This document shows, in pieces, positions 28,877 to 38,886 of a stretch of DNA of 64,000 nucleotides. The notes under the pieces are model-generated. The model was not told where the DNA came from and did not search any database. It saw only the letters and a list, made by a program, of their open reading frames with translations. The translations under genes and the position numbers were made by a program. Origin of the DNA: Gammaproteobacteria bacterium (lineage in GTDB: Bacteria > Pseudomonadota > Gammaproteobacteria > Pseudomonadales > Balneatricaceae); contig JAWUWK010000028.1 in the NCBI GenBank assembly GCA_034111875.1, forward strand, positions 4,707 through 68,706, given 5' to 3'. Within the stretch, counting starts at the first letter, position 1. Each line of letters starts with the position of its first letter.

Positions 28877-29423
28877 GATTCTGCAAGATGTTGATGGGCG
28901 TATGAAAAAAAGCACTGACGCACTGATTGAAAACTTTAAAAAAATTCGTACAGGTCGAGCGCATCCGAGTATTTTAGATACAGTGACAGTCGATTACTAT
29001 GGGTCGTCTGTACCATTGTCGCAAGTAGCTAATATTTCTGTTGAAGATGCACGTACGCTTGCGATAGTGCCTTGGGAAAAGCCCATGGTGCCCGCAATCG
29101 AAAAAGCTATTATGAAGTCGTCACTGGGTCTGAATCCGGCTACTTCCGGCGAGAGAATTCGTGTGCCTATGCCGGCGCTCACCGAAGAGACCCGAAAAGG
29201 TTTTATTCGTCAGGCAAGGGCGGAAGCTGAAAATGGCAAGGTCTCTGTGCGCAACGCGAGAAGAGACGCTAATAGTCTGATTAAGGATCTACTCAAAGAA
29301 AAAGAAATTTCTGAAGATGAAGATCGTAAATCACAAGATAAAGTTCAATCGCTGACGAATAAATACGTTGCTCAGATTGATGTGCTTCTCGAGAAAAAAG
29401 AAACTGATCTAATGGAAATATAA
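28866..29423 (+). CDS. frr: Ribosome recycling factor
   Basis: 185 aa, collinear with E. coli Frr ([12 protein letters not shown]...VRNARRDAN...KEISEDEDR). Confidence 0.97.
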   Translation: MLNEILQDVDGRMKKSTDALIENFKKIRTGRAHPSILDTVTVDYYGSSVPLSQVANISVEDARTLAIVPWEKPMVPAIEKAIMKSSLGLNPATSGERIRVPMPALTEETRKGFIRQARAEAENGKVSVRNARRDANSLIKDLLKEKEISEDEDRKSQDKVQSLTNKYVAQIDVLLEKKETDLMEI

Positions 29424-29475
29424 TAATGTAGATATCTCATCTTACTGTTGAGGTTAATATCAGCTATGAAAAGGT

Positions 29476-30246
29476 TTGCATTTATACACTATGAGTTTAT
29501 TGGCAGATTTAAAATTATCCGCAGATGAAAACATGCCGCGCCATATTGCTATTATCATGGATGGTAATAATCGCTGGGCTAAAAAACGTTTTCTGCCGAG
29601 TTTGGCTGGACACAAATCAGCGGTTAAAAGTGTACGCAGTGTGATAGAAGGCTGCGTTGAGCTGGGTGTGGAATCTTTAAGTTTGTTTGCTTTTAGTACG
29701 GAAAACTGGAAGCGGCCTGCGCTTGAGGTAAAAGGTTTAATGGAGTTGTTTGGTTTTGCACTCGATCGTGAAACCAAGAAATTGCATCAAAATAACATTC
29801 GATTGCGGGTGATCGGTGATAAGAGTCGCTTTAGTGGGGCATTGCAACAGCGGATTTTAGCGGCAGAGCAGTTAACTGAAAAAAATGACGGATTACAGCT
29901 CAACATTGCCGCTAACTATGGTGGTCAATGGGATATTGTACAAGCGGCGAAACAGTTTGCAGAAGATTGTTTGAGTGGCAAGCACACCCCAGAAGAATTG
30001 GACGCATCTCTATTTAATCAGTACGTTAGTTTGGCCGATCAAGCAAAGCCAGACTTATGTATTCGCACTGGTGGTGAAAGTCGTATTAGTAATTTTTTAG
30101 TGTGGCAGATGGCTTACACAGAATATCATTTTGTGGATTGTCTATGGCCCGATTTTAAAAAACAGCACTTAGTGGAAGCGATAAAAGATTTCACATGCAG
30201 GGAGAGACGATTTGGAAGGACAAGTGAGCAGTTAGAGGAAAAGTAG
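29476..30246 (+). CDS. uppS: Ditrans,polycis-undecaprenyl-diphosphate synthase
   Basis: Has [39 protein letters not shown] and ERRFG. The start is ambiguous: TTG at 29476 or ATG at 29491. Confidence 0.93.
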   Translation: MHLYTMSLLADLKLSADENMPRHIAIIMDGNNRWAKKRFLPSLAGHKSAVKSVRSVIEGCVELGVESLSLFAFSTENWKRPALEVKGLMELFGFALDRETKKLHQNNIRLRVIGDKSRFSGALQQRILAAEQLTEKNDGLQLNIAANYGGQWDIVQAAKQFAEDCLSGKHTPEELDASLFNQYVSLADQAKPDLCIRTGGESRISNFLVWQMAYTEYHFVDCLWPDFKKQHLVEAIKDFTCRERRFGRTSEQLEEK

Positions 30247-30247
30247 G

Positions 30248-31069
30248 GTGCTTAAACAAAGAATAATAACCGCCTGTATTTTAGCTCCCATTGTCATATT
30301 TGGGATATTCTTGTTACCCATGATCGGAGTAGCATTTTTTGTAGCGGCAATCATGTTGGTTGGCGCGTGGGAATGGGGGCCGTTCCTGGAGATAAAAAGT
30401 GGCATAGGGCGCAGTGTATTAGTGCTTGCGACCGCTGTTTTGTTGGTGACGATATGGTTTTGTTTTTTTACAGAAGCCTATGTCGTTATTATGCCGCTAG
30501 TGATGACTACCTGGTTGGCGGCCTTTATCTGGGTGAGGCGTTTTCCCACTAAAGGCCTTTGGGCAAACAGAACCGTTGGTGTCGCTTTGTGCTTGATATT
30601 ACTGAGCACAACATGGTGGAGTTTGTTGCAATTAAAACAGTTGCCGAATGAAAACAGCTGGTTGTTACTTATCTTATTGTTAGTGTGGGCTGCGGATATA
30701 GGAGCCTATATTGCCGGCAAGAATTTTGGCAAACATAAATTAGCCCCTAATGTGAGTCCGGGCAAAACAGTAGAAGGTTTCTTCGGTGGCGTATTAGCCG
30801 CTTCTATAACTGCTACTTTGTTTGCTTTGGTGCAAAATATGCCGATCACTCATGTGATTTATTTACTGGTACTTGGCGCGCTCGTTTCTATGGTTTCTGT
30901 ATTAGGTGATTTATTAGAAAGTATGTTGAAGCGCAATGCTAATCTTAAAGACAGCGGTAAATTATTGCCTGGCCATGGCGGGGTGCTGGATAGAATTGAT
31001 AGTTTAATGGCGGCGGCGCCACTATTTTTAATCGGCCTTAAAGGCATTGAGTGGTTAACGGTGATTTAG
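30248..31069 (+). CDS. cdsA: Phosphatidate cytidylyltransferase
   Basis: The GTG start is supported by the alignment (M)LKQRIITA... against E. coli MLKYRLISA.... The C-terminal signature is GDL.ES.LKR...KDSG.LLPGHGG.LDR.DS. Confidence 0.93.
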   Translation: MLKQRIITACILAPIVIFGIFLLPMIGVAFFVAAIMLVGAWEWGPFLEIKSGIGRSVLVLATAVLLVTIWFCFFTEAYVVIMPLVMTTWLAAFIWVRRFPTKGLWANRTVGVALCLILLSTTWWSLLQLKQLPNENSWLLLILLLVWAADIGAYIAGKNFGKHKLAPNVSPGKTVEGFFGGVLAASITATLFALVQNMPITHVIYLLVLGALVSMVSVLGDLLESMLKRNANLKDSGKLLPGHGGVLDRIDSLMAAAPLFLIGLKGIEWLTVI

Positions 31070-32434
31070 TTGGATTTTATTCAAACAGTATTAGCATTTG
31101 TTGTTACTTTAGGCATTTTAGTCACTATCCATGAATGGGGACATTTTATTGTCGCCAGATTATGTGGGGTGAAAGTGCTCAGGTTTTCTGTCGGTTTCGG
31201 CAAAGTATTTTTTTCAAAGACAGATAGGCAAGGCACAGAGTTTGCTTTGGCGCTTATTCCTTTAGGCGGCTATGTGAAAATGCTCGATGAGCGCGAAAAT
31301 GATGTGCCTGAACACGAAAAACATAGGGCCTTTAATAATAAAACTGTTTACCAGCGCATAGCGATAGTGGCTGCTGGCCCTTTAATCAATTTGATTTTTG
31401 CCGTGCTTGCGTATTGGCTGGTGTTTGTTAGCGGTGTTAATTCTGTTGTGCCGGTAATTGGTGCCGTGTCAAAAGATTCAGTGGCTCAGCACGCAAGTTT
31501 GCCTGTCAACGGTGAAATAATCGCAATTGATGGGCGCGAAGTTGGCTCTTGGCAAGCGGTTAATTTAGCTCTGGCAAGTCGTATCGGCGAAACTGGTACT
31601 ATGCATATGCAAGTTAAAGGCGGTGAGAGTCACCAACCTTTTAGTGTTCGAGATTATCAGCTTAATCTGTCGCAATGGCAATTTGATCTAGACAAGCAAA
31701 GTCCGATTATTGCTATGGGGATAGTGCCTTATAGACCACAAGTCACTCCGGTATTTTCGACGCTTTCAAAAAATGGACGTGCAGAGTTGGCGGGATTAAA
31801 ACCAGGTGATAAAGTGGTTGCTATTACCGGTCAGTCCGTATCGACTTGGCGAGCGCTGGTTGAGACAGTGCAGGCCTCGCCTGAGAAACTGTTAAAATTT
31901 TCTGTTGAACGAAACAACTCCATCGTAGAAATTTCTATTACTCCTGCACAAAAAACGCTAGAATCTGGCCGAGTTGTAGGTTTTATCGGCGCGGGAGTGG
32001 TTTCTCCTCCCTGGCCAGCAGAGATGCTTCGCAATCAGCAGTTAAGTGTTGTAGATGGGTTTATTGCAGCGTTGAATAAAACCTGGCAGATGATCAAACT
32101 GACGTTAGACTCAATCAAAAAAATGATTGAGGGTATCATCTCAGTTAAAAATTTGAGTGGGCCAATCACCATCGCTCAAGTGGCTAGCCAAAGCGCCGAA
32201 TCTGGCTTTGAATCTTATGTTAGTTTTCTCGCTTACCTAAGTATTAGTTTAGGTATTTTGAACTTGCTACCGATTCCTATGTTGGATGGAGGGCATTTGT
32301 TTTATTACGTGATTGAGGTGATTAAAGGTAAACCTGTATCAGAAAGATTTCAGGGAATAGGTTTAAGAATTGGTATGGCGTTGCTTTTTAGTATAATGGC
32401 GATAGCAATGTTTAACGATGTAATGCGTTTGTAA
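31070..32434 (+). CDS. rseP: Sigma-E protease RseP (site-2 RIP zinc metalloprotease)
   Basis: Has HEWGH (HExxH), a PDZ region and NLLPIPMLDGGH. The TTG start directly abuts the cdsA stop. Confidence 0.95.
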   Translation: MDFIQTVLAFVVTLGILVTIHEWGHFIVARLCGVKVLRFSVGFGKVFFSKTDRQGTEFALALIPLGGYVKMLDERENDVPEHEKHRAFNNKTVYQRIAIVAAGPLINLIFAVLAYWLVFVSGVNSVVPVIGAVSKDSVAQHASLPVNGEIIAIDGREVGSWQAVNLALASRIGETGTMHMQVKGGESHQPFSVRDYQLNLSQWQFDLDKQSPIIAMGIVPYRPQVTPVFSTLSKNGRAELAGLKPGDKVVAITGQSVSTWRALVETVQASPEKLLKFSVERNNSIVEISITPAQKTLESGRVVGFIGAGVVSPPWPAEMLRNQQLSVVDGFIAALNKTWQMIKLTLDSIKKMIEGIISVKNLSGPITIAQVASQSAESGFESYVSFLAYLSISLGILNLLPIPMLDGGHLFYYVIEVIKGKPVSERFQGIGLRIGMALLFSIMAIAMFNDVMRL

Positions 32435-32483
32435 TAGGCAGCTTAATGGCTGGCATCAAGCTACTTAAAAAAAGAAGGATTTC

Positions 32484-34799
32484 ATGAAAAAACAGTTAGG
32501 ATTACTACTTGGTTTTTTGTTCTGGGCCAATCTTGCCTGGGCAGCATTTCCCGCCTTTACAGTGAAAGATATTCGACTACAGGGCATGCAGCATATTGAG
32601 CCGAGTATTGTCTTTAGAAATTTCCCCATCAGTTCAGGTGATATAGTAACACAGCCTTCACTGAGCGCGGCTGTGAAACGTTTATATCGCTCGGGTTACT
32701 TCCAGAATATCGAAGTGGAAAGGGCCGCTAATGTTCTTGTTTTGAAGATAATTGAGCGTCCGGCGGTGAGTAAAATTCGCCTTAAAGGTAACAAAGTCTT
32801 AAAGACAGAGAGCTTGTTAGATGGATTGCAAGCATCTGGCCTAAAAGAAGGGGTGGTATTCAAACGTTCTGCACTGCTTAAAATCAAAACTGATCTGCAG
32901 AATGTTTATGCCTCTCAAGGGCGTTACAATGCTAAAATTGAAACTGAAATAGAAGCTATTAGCGGCAATAGAGTGGCAGTGAATATTAATATCACTGAGG
33001 GTAGAATTGCGCTTATTAACCATATCAATATTGTCGGCAATAGCGTGTTTGCCGATGATGAGCTAAAAGATTTATTTCAATCTAGCCTCTCTTCTATGTG
33101 GTCTTGGATCAGTAAAAAAGACCGATACTCCAGGGAGAGACTGTCGGCTGATATTGAACGTATGCGCTCTCACTATTTGGATCGTGGTTATATTGACTTC
33201 AAAGTGAGCTCAACCCAAGTCTCTATTTCACCCGATAAGCGTAGTGTTTTTATTAGTATTAATGTGTCTGAGGGTGCAAAGTTTACGGTCGGCAAAATAC
33301 GTCTTAAAGGACCTTTGGTTGTGTCTGAGTTAGACCTAAAGAATGCCGTTAAAATCAAGACGGGTAATGCTTTTTCTCGGCAAATGCTGAGTGATTCGCG
33401 AGAGGCTATGGTCACAGTGTTAGGTAATAGTGGATACATGTTTGCTGATATTCAACCCGTGCCTAATAAAGTTGATGAGAATAAGGTTGATATTGATTTC
33501 TTTTTAAGACCTGGTAAACGTACCTATGTGCGCCGTATCAATATAAAAGGTAATGAGAGAACCGCTGACTTGGTTATTCGCCGTCAAATGCAGCAAATGG
33601 AAGCGGCTATTGCATCAAGCGAAAATATTACTAAATCAAAACAGAGCTTAGATAGATCAGGCTACTTTTCTCAGGTAGACATATCCACGACACCGGTACC
33701 AGGTACCGATGATCAAATTGATGTTGATCTAACGGTCCAAGAACAAGCGTCAGGTAATTTCACTGCCAGTCTTGGTTTTTCACAGACAGAGAAGGTGATT
33801 CTCGATTTTGGTGTCAGTCAAGAGAATTTCTTGGGCACAGGCAATAGAGTTAGTGCTAATTTTACCAAGTCGGATTCAAAAAAAGAAATTAGTATTGATT
33901 ACACGAATCCGTTCTATACCGTCGATGGCGTAAGCCGCGGTTTCGATGTGTTCTTACGCAATGAAGATTTTGATGAGAATTCGTCGAGTAAGTACAAAAT
34001 TGATGCATACGGTGCTGGGGTAACTTTCGGTTATCCAATTAATGAATTTCAGCGACTTTCCGTAAGATTTGGTGCTGAAAAAGTCAAAGTTGAACCCAAT
34101 GATATCACTAGTGCAGAAGTGACTAATTATATCAATGCTAACGGTGACAATTTCACCAATACCAATGCGACATTCTATTGGAATGAAAATCGAATGAATC
34201 GTAGTTTGTTTCCAACTAGCGGTCGTAAGCAAACGGTAAGTTTTGAAGTGTCTATACCCGGCAGTGATTTGAGCTACTATCGTCTAGCATACAAGGGCTC
34301 TTGGATTAAGCCGCTAGAGGAAAGTGAGAAATGGCTGATTGGCGCCAGAGGTAATATTGGCTATGCCAATAAACTTGGCGATGAAGAGTTCCCGTTCTTT
34401 AAAAATTATTTTTCCGGTGGTATCGGTTCAATGCGTGGTGTTTCATCCTACTCTTTAGGGCCTAGAGATAGCCTTGATGACCCTATAGGCGGTAATGTGA
34501 TGGTCACCGGCGGGCTTGATTTAGTCTTTCCAATGGTTGGTTTGAATGATCCTAAGAAATACCGTACTTCGCTGTTCGTTGATTTTGGTGGTGTATACAC
34601 TACAGATTGTTTAAAAGGTAATGTCTCTTCACGCTGCAATGAAGGTGTGAATATCGATGATTTGAAATATTCCACCGGTATAGGTTTTACTTGGATCACT
34701 CCCCTAGGGCCGCTCACATTTTCCTATGCAACACTGCTCAACAAAAAAGATGGAGATGAAGAGAGAAACTTTGATTTTACCTTAGGTGGTACTTTTTAA
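32484..34799 (+). CDS. bamA: Outer membrane protein assembly factor BamA
   Basis: 771 aa with a signal peptide. I can follow five POTRA-like repeats, and it ends in a C-terminal Omp85 barrel with a terminal ...GGTF. Confidence 0.95.
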   Translation: MKKQLGLLLGFLFWANLAWAAFPAFTVKDIRLQGMQHIEPSIVFRNFPISSGDIVTQPSLSAAVKRLYRSGYFQNIEVERAANVLVLKIIERPAVSKIRLKGNKVLKTESLLDGLQASGLKEGVVFKRSALLKIKTDLQNVYASQGRYNAKIETEIEAISGNRVAVNINITEGRIALINHINIVGNSVFADDELKDLFQSSLSSMWSWISKKDRYSRERLSADIERMRSHYLDRGYIDFKVSSTQVSISPDKRSVFISINVSEGAKFTVGKIRLKGPLVVSELDLKNAVKIKTGNAFSRQMLSDSREAMVTVLGNSGYMFADIQPVPNKVDENKVDIDFFLRPGKRTYVRRINIKGNERTADLVIRRQMQQMEAAIASSENITKSKQSLDRSGYFSQVDISTTPVPGTDDQIDVDLTVQEQASGNFTASLGFSQTEKVILDFGVSQENFLGTGNRVSANFTKSDSKKEISIDYTNPFYTVDGVSRGFDVFLRNEDFDENSSSKYKIDAYGAGVTFGYPINEFQRLSVRFGAEKVKVEPNDITSAEVTNYINANGDNFTNTNATFYWNENRMNRSLFPTSGRKQTVSFEVSIPGSDLSYYRLAYKGSWIKPLEESEKWLIGARGNIGYANKLGDEEFPFFKNYFSGGIGSMRGVSSYSLGPRDSLDDPIGGNVMVTGGLDLVFPMVGLNDPKKYRTSLFVDFGGVYTTDCLKGNVSSRCNEGVNIDDLKYSTGIGFTWITPLGPLTFSYATLLNKKDGDEERNFDFTLGGTF

Positions 34800-34822
34800 C
34801 CGCTATACTCAAGAGGTTTAAT

Positions 34823-35869
34823 GTGTTCGATGTCTCGCAAATTGCGCTTTTTTTAGATGCTGACATTATTGGCGATGAAAATGTGCTTATTAGCCAAATA
34901 TCATCCTTGCATGAGGCGAGAGAAGGAGATTTAAGTTTTTGTGATCAGGCTAAATATTTGCCCGAATTGCCGAATTGCCGAGCATCTGCGGTTCTCGTCA
35001 GAAAACAAGATTTAGAAGCGGTGACCACGACTGCATTAGTGGTTGCAGATCCCTATTTATCGTTTGCCAAAATAAGTCGCTGGTTTGACTGGCGTGATAC
35101 TGTCAGGGCTAATGTTGCTGACAGCGCTCAAGTTTCGGTATCAGCGGTTATTTCAAATACAGCACAGTTGTGTCATGGGGTGGTGATTGGCGAAAATGTG
35201 CGAATTGGCGATGCTTGCTATGTAGGTCCTAATAGCGTTATTGGCGATCATTGTGTGCTGGGTAATCGCAGTCGTTTGGAGGCAAACGTTACTTTGTATC
35301 AAGATGTAAAGTTGGGTGAAGACTGTATCGTTCACTCTTGTGCGGTAGTTGGTGCCGATGGCTTCGGGTTTGCAAAAGCGGCAATAGGTTGGCAAAAAAT
35401 TTACCAGCTCGCCGGTGTGCGTATTGGCAATCAGGTTGAAATAGGTGCCTCTTCAACCATTGATCGTGGTGCGCTGTCTCCGACGCTGATTGGCGATGGT
35501 GTGAAGTTAGATAATCAAGTACACATTGCTCACAATGTTTCACTTGGAAAGCATACTGCTATTGCTGGTTGTACTGCTATTGCCGGTAGTACTGATATCG
35601 GCGATAACTGTACAATCGCCGGCTTAAGTGGTGTTACAGGTCATTTAACGATTACGTCAGATACCCATATTACGGCGATGAGCTTAGTCAGCCATTCCAT
35701 TAAAGAGCCAGGCGTCTATTCTTCGGGCACAGGTATAGAAAAACACCAGAGTTGGAAACGTAATGTGGTCAGGTTTCGCAACTTAGAAAAAATTGCAAAG
35801 CGTCTTAAAAAATTGGAAAATGAAATGAAAAACATTTCTTTAAATCAGGATTTAGGCAAACGAGAATGA
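34823..35869 (+). CDS. lpxD: UDP-3-O-acylglucosamine N-acyltransferase
   Basis: GTG start preceded by AGAGG. It has left-handed beta-helix hexapeptide repeats and is collinear with E. coli LpxD (GADGFGF...IDRGAL..T.IG.GVK.DNQV.IAHNV). Confidence 0.95.
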   Translation: MFDVSQIALFLDADIIGDENVLISQISSLHEAREGDLSFCDQAKYLPELPNCRASAVLVRKQDLEAVTTTALVVADPYLSFAKISRWFDWRDTVRANVADSAQVSVSAVISNTAQLCHGVVIGENVRIGDACYVGPNSVIGDHCVLGNRSRLEANVTLYQDVKLGEDCIVHSCAVVGADGFGFAKAAIGWQKIYQLAGVRIGNQVEIGASSTIDRGALSPTLIGDGVKLDNQVHIAHNVSLGKHTAIAGCTAIAGSTDIGDNCTIAGLSGVTGHLTITSDTHITAMSLVSHSIKEPGVYSSGTGIEKHQSWKRNVVRFRNLEKIAKRLKKLENEMKNISLNQDLGKRE

Positions 35870-36297
35870 TGGACGTCAATCAAATACGTGAATATTTACC
35901 CCACCGCTACCCTTTTTTATTAGTTGATCGAGTGGTCGATTTGACGCTCGGAGAATCTATCCATGCTTATAAAAATGTGACTATAAATGAACCTTTTTTT
36001 AATGGACATTTTCCTGATATGCCGGTTATGCCGGGCGTGTTGATAGTCGAGGCGATGGCACAGTCAGCTGGCATCTTAGGTTTTAAGACCATGGGTAAAA
36101 CACCCCAAGATGGTTCAATCTATTATTTTGTAGGATCGGATAAGCTACGTTTTAAGAAACCTGTGGTACCAGGCGATAAATTAGACTTATTTGCCAAAAT
36201 TGTTTCAGAGAAGCGCGGTATATGGAAATTTGACGTGAAAGCAGAAGTAGACGGAAAATTGGTTAGTTCTGCCACAATTCTCTGCGCTGATAGATAA
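35866..36297 (+). CDS. fabZ: 3-hydroxyacyl-ACP dehydratase
   Basis: Has [13 protein letters not shown] and FF.GHFP..PVMPGVL.VEAMAQ. Confidence 0.97.
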   Translation: MMDVNQIREYLPHRYPFLLVDRVVDLTLGESIHAYKNVTINEPFFNGHFPDMPVMPGVLIVEAMAQSAGILGFKTMGKTPQDGSIYYFVGSDKLRFKKPVVPGDKLDLFAKIVSEKRGIWKFDVKAEVDGKLVSSATILCADR

Positions 36298-36311
36298 ATA
36301 GGACACAGACA

Positions 36312-37100
36312 TTGATAGAATCTAGTTCATTGATCCATCCCAGCGCCATTATTGATCCTTGTGCTGTCATAGGTGAAGGAGTAAGTGTCGGACCTTGGAC
36401 TACTATAGGTGCGGGTGTTGAAATAGGTTCAGGAACATCAATAGCCTCCCACGTAGTCATTAAAGGAGGGTCTAAATTAGGCGCTAATAATCAGATTTTT
36501 CAATTTTGCTCAATTGGTGAGGACTGCCAAGACAAAAAATATCAAGGCGAAACAACCTTTCTGGAAATAGGTGACAATAACGTATTTCGAGAGAGCTGTA
36601 CCATTCATAGAGGAACACTACAAGATGCAGCGGTGACGCGCATTGGCAGTCGAAATTTGTTCATGGTCAACGTTCATGTTGCTCACGATTGTGTGCTTGG
36701 CGATGATATCATTATGGCGAATAATAGTGCTGCAGCCGGCCATGTGGTGATTGCTGATCGCGCTATATTAGGTGGTTTTACGGCAGTGCATCAATTCTGT
36801 CATATAGGGCAATCGGCTATGTGTGGTGCAGGGACGGTTATTTTAAAAGATATTCCTGCCTTTGTTATGAGCAGCGGGAACCCGGCTAAACCCTATGGTA
36901 TCAATAGCGAAGGTTTAAAACGTTTAGGCTACTCAAATACGGCAGTAACCAATATAAAACGCGCTTATAAGATAGTTTTTAGACAGCAGTTAACGATTGA
37001 TGCGGCGATTTTAGAACTAGAATCTCTATGTCTAGAAACACCACAAATTGAAATTTTGATTGAAACCTTAAAAAATTCTACACGGGGTATTATTCGATAG
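36312..37100 (+). CDS. lpxA: Acyl-ACP--UDP-GlcNAc O-acyltransferase
   Basis: TTG start. The sequence IHPSAIIDP.A.IGEGV.VGP...IG aligns with the E. coli LpxA N-terminus, and it has hexapeptide repeats. Confidence 0.95.
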   Translation: MIESSSLIHPSAIIDPCAVIGEGVSVGPWTTIGAGVEIGSGTSIASHVVIKGGSKLGANNQIFQFCSIGEDCQDKKYQGETTFLEIGDNNVFRESCTIHRGTLQDAAVTRIGSRNLFMVNVHVAHDCVLGDDIIMANNSAAAGHVVIADRAILGGFTAVHQFCHIGQSAMCGAGTVILKDIPAFVMSSGNPAKPYGINSEGLKRLGYSNTAVTNIKRAYKIVFRQQLTIDAAILELESLCLETPQIEILIETLKNSTRGIIR

Positions 37101-38245
37101 TGCCAACACTCAAAGTTGCGATCATAGCGGGAGAAGCCTCCGGAGATATTTTAGGTGCTGGGCTAATACAAGCGCTGAAGCAGCGATATACCGATATCGA
37201 ATTTTACGGTATTGGTGGTGATTTAATGTTAGCCCAAGGACTTATCTCAAAAGCGCCTATGGAACAACTCTCAGTGATGGGCTTTGTTGAAGTTTTAGGT
37301 CGGCTACCTTCGTTATTATTGCTGCGTAGACAGCTAATTGATGAGTTTATTAAAAATCCTCCCCATGTATTTATTGGTATAGATGCACCCGATTTTAATT
37401 TAACGATAGAGCTAGCATTGAAAAATGCCGGGATTTTAACCGTTCATTACGTCAGTCCCTCAGTATGGGCGTGGAAGCCAAAGCGAATATATAAAATCAA
37501 AAAAGCCGCAGATTTGCTGCTGACATTGTTCCCTTTTGAGCAAAAATACTATTTAAAAACGGCACAAAAGCTGGCTTTTGTCGGGCACCCATTAGCCGAG
37601 GTTATAGATCAAAACTACCAAACGACTGACGCTAAAACTGAATTAGGTTTCAGTCATCAAACAAAAGTCGTCGCCATATTACCTGGCAGTCGTAGCAGTG
37701 AAACCAAATATTTACTGCCACTTTTTTTGAAAACAGCCGGTTTATTGCTTGAAAAACATCCAAAAGTAGAGTTTGTTATCCCCGCGTCTAATCAATACCG
37801 TTATGATGAAATTGCCGACTCTCTAAAAGTAGCAACAAAACTACCAGTGACGGTTTTGATGAAGCAATCGAGAACAGCGATGGCAGCGGCTGACGCTATT
37901 TTGATCGCATCGGGCACCGCAACGCTGGAAGCAGCTCTTTTAGGCAAGCCGATGGTCGTAGCCTATAAAATGGCAACATTCACCCATGTTATTTATTCGC
38001 GCATTATTAAAGCTAAGTTTATCTCTCTACCCAATTTGTTGGCTAATGAAATGCTCGTGCCCGAACTAATACAAGATAGAGCAAGTCCTGAGCAATTGTT
38101 GATTGAATTGGATAAAGCATTGACGGATCAGACACGGTGTGATTACCAAAAAAAGAAATTTCGTGAAATTTTTATACAGCTTAATTTGCCCGCTAATGAA
38201 TTAGCCGCTAAATCTGTTGCGGATTTATTAGCGTCAAGTAACTGA
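37100..38245 (+). CDS. lpxB: Lipid-A-disaccharide synthase
   Basis: The GTG start overlaps the lpxA stop. The sequence [19 protein letters not shown] aligns with E. coli LpxB. Confidence 0.95.
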   Translation: MPTLKVAIIAGEASGDILGAGLIQALKQRYTDIEFYGIGGDLMLAQGLISKAPMEQLSVMGFVEVLGRLPSLLLLRRQLIDEFIKNPPHVFIGIDAPDFNLTIELALKNAGILTVHYVSPSVWAWKPKRIYKIKKAADLLLTLFPFEQKYYLKTAQKLAFVGHPLAEVIDQNYQTTDAKTELGFSHQTKVVAILPGSRSSETKYLLPLFLKTAGLLLEKHPKVEFVIPASNQYRYDEIADSLKVATKLPVTVLMKQSRTAMAAADAILIASGTATLEAALLGKPMVVAYKMATFTHVIYSRIIKAKFISLPNLLANEMLVPELIQDRASPEQLLIELDKALTDQTRCDYQKKKFREIFIQLNLPANELAAKSVADLLASSN

Positions 38246-38250
38246 GGTCT

Positions 38251-38850
38251 GTGGCTAAACAAATGCAAGATTTAGAATACGCTAAAAATAGGATAATGGC
38301 AGGTTGTGATGAGGTCGGACGCGGTCCTTTGATCGGTGATGTCGTCGCAGCCGCGGTGATATTAGATCCGAATACGCCAATTCAAGGTTTGGCCGACTCG
38401 AAAAAATTGAGCGAACAAAAACGTAATTTTCTCTATCGACAAATTATTGAAGGTGCGCTCGCTTATGGAGTAGGGAGGGCATCTGTCGAAGAAATTGACC
38501 AATTGAATATATTAAACGCCAGTATGTTAGCCATGAAACGGGCAATTGAAACACTTAATGTTACACCTGGAATTGTATTAGTTGACGGGAATCGCTGCCC
38601 TGATATCAGCTATCCTTGTGAGGCTATTATAAAAGGGGATGCTAAAGTGGCCGCGATTAGTGCGGCTTCAATTGTTGCAAAAGTCACACGCGATAAAGAA
38701 ATGTACATGCTACATCAAAAACACCCTGAGTATGGCTTTGATCGCCACAAAGGGTATCCAACTAAAGAGCACTTTGCGGCATTAATTCAGTTCGGCATTT
38801 TGCCTGAGCATAGAAAGAGTTTTAAGCCCGTAAAAGCATTATTAATTTAG
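38251..38850 (+). CDS. rnhB: Ribonuclease HII
   Basis: Has [10 protein letters not shown] and DSKKLSE.KR. The start is GTG at 38251 or ATG at 38263. Confidence 0.93.
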   Translation: MAKQMQDLEYAKNRIMAGCDEVGRGPLIGDVVAAAVILDPNTPIQGLADSKKLSEQKRNFLYRQIIEGALAYGVGRASVEEIDQLNILNASMLAMKRAIETLNVTPGIVLVDGNRCPDISYPCEAIIKGDAKVAAISAASIVAKVTRDKEMYMLHQKHPEYGFDRHKGYPTKEHFAALIQFGILPEHRKSFKPVKALLI

Positions 38851-38886
38851 TAAACTATCTTATTGCAGCGCGGAAACAGACTATCT

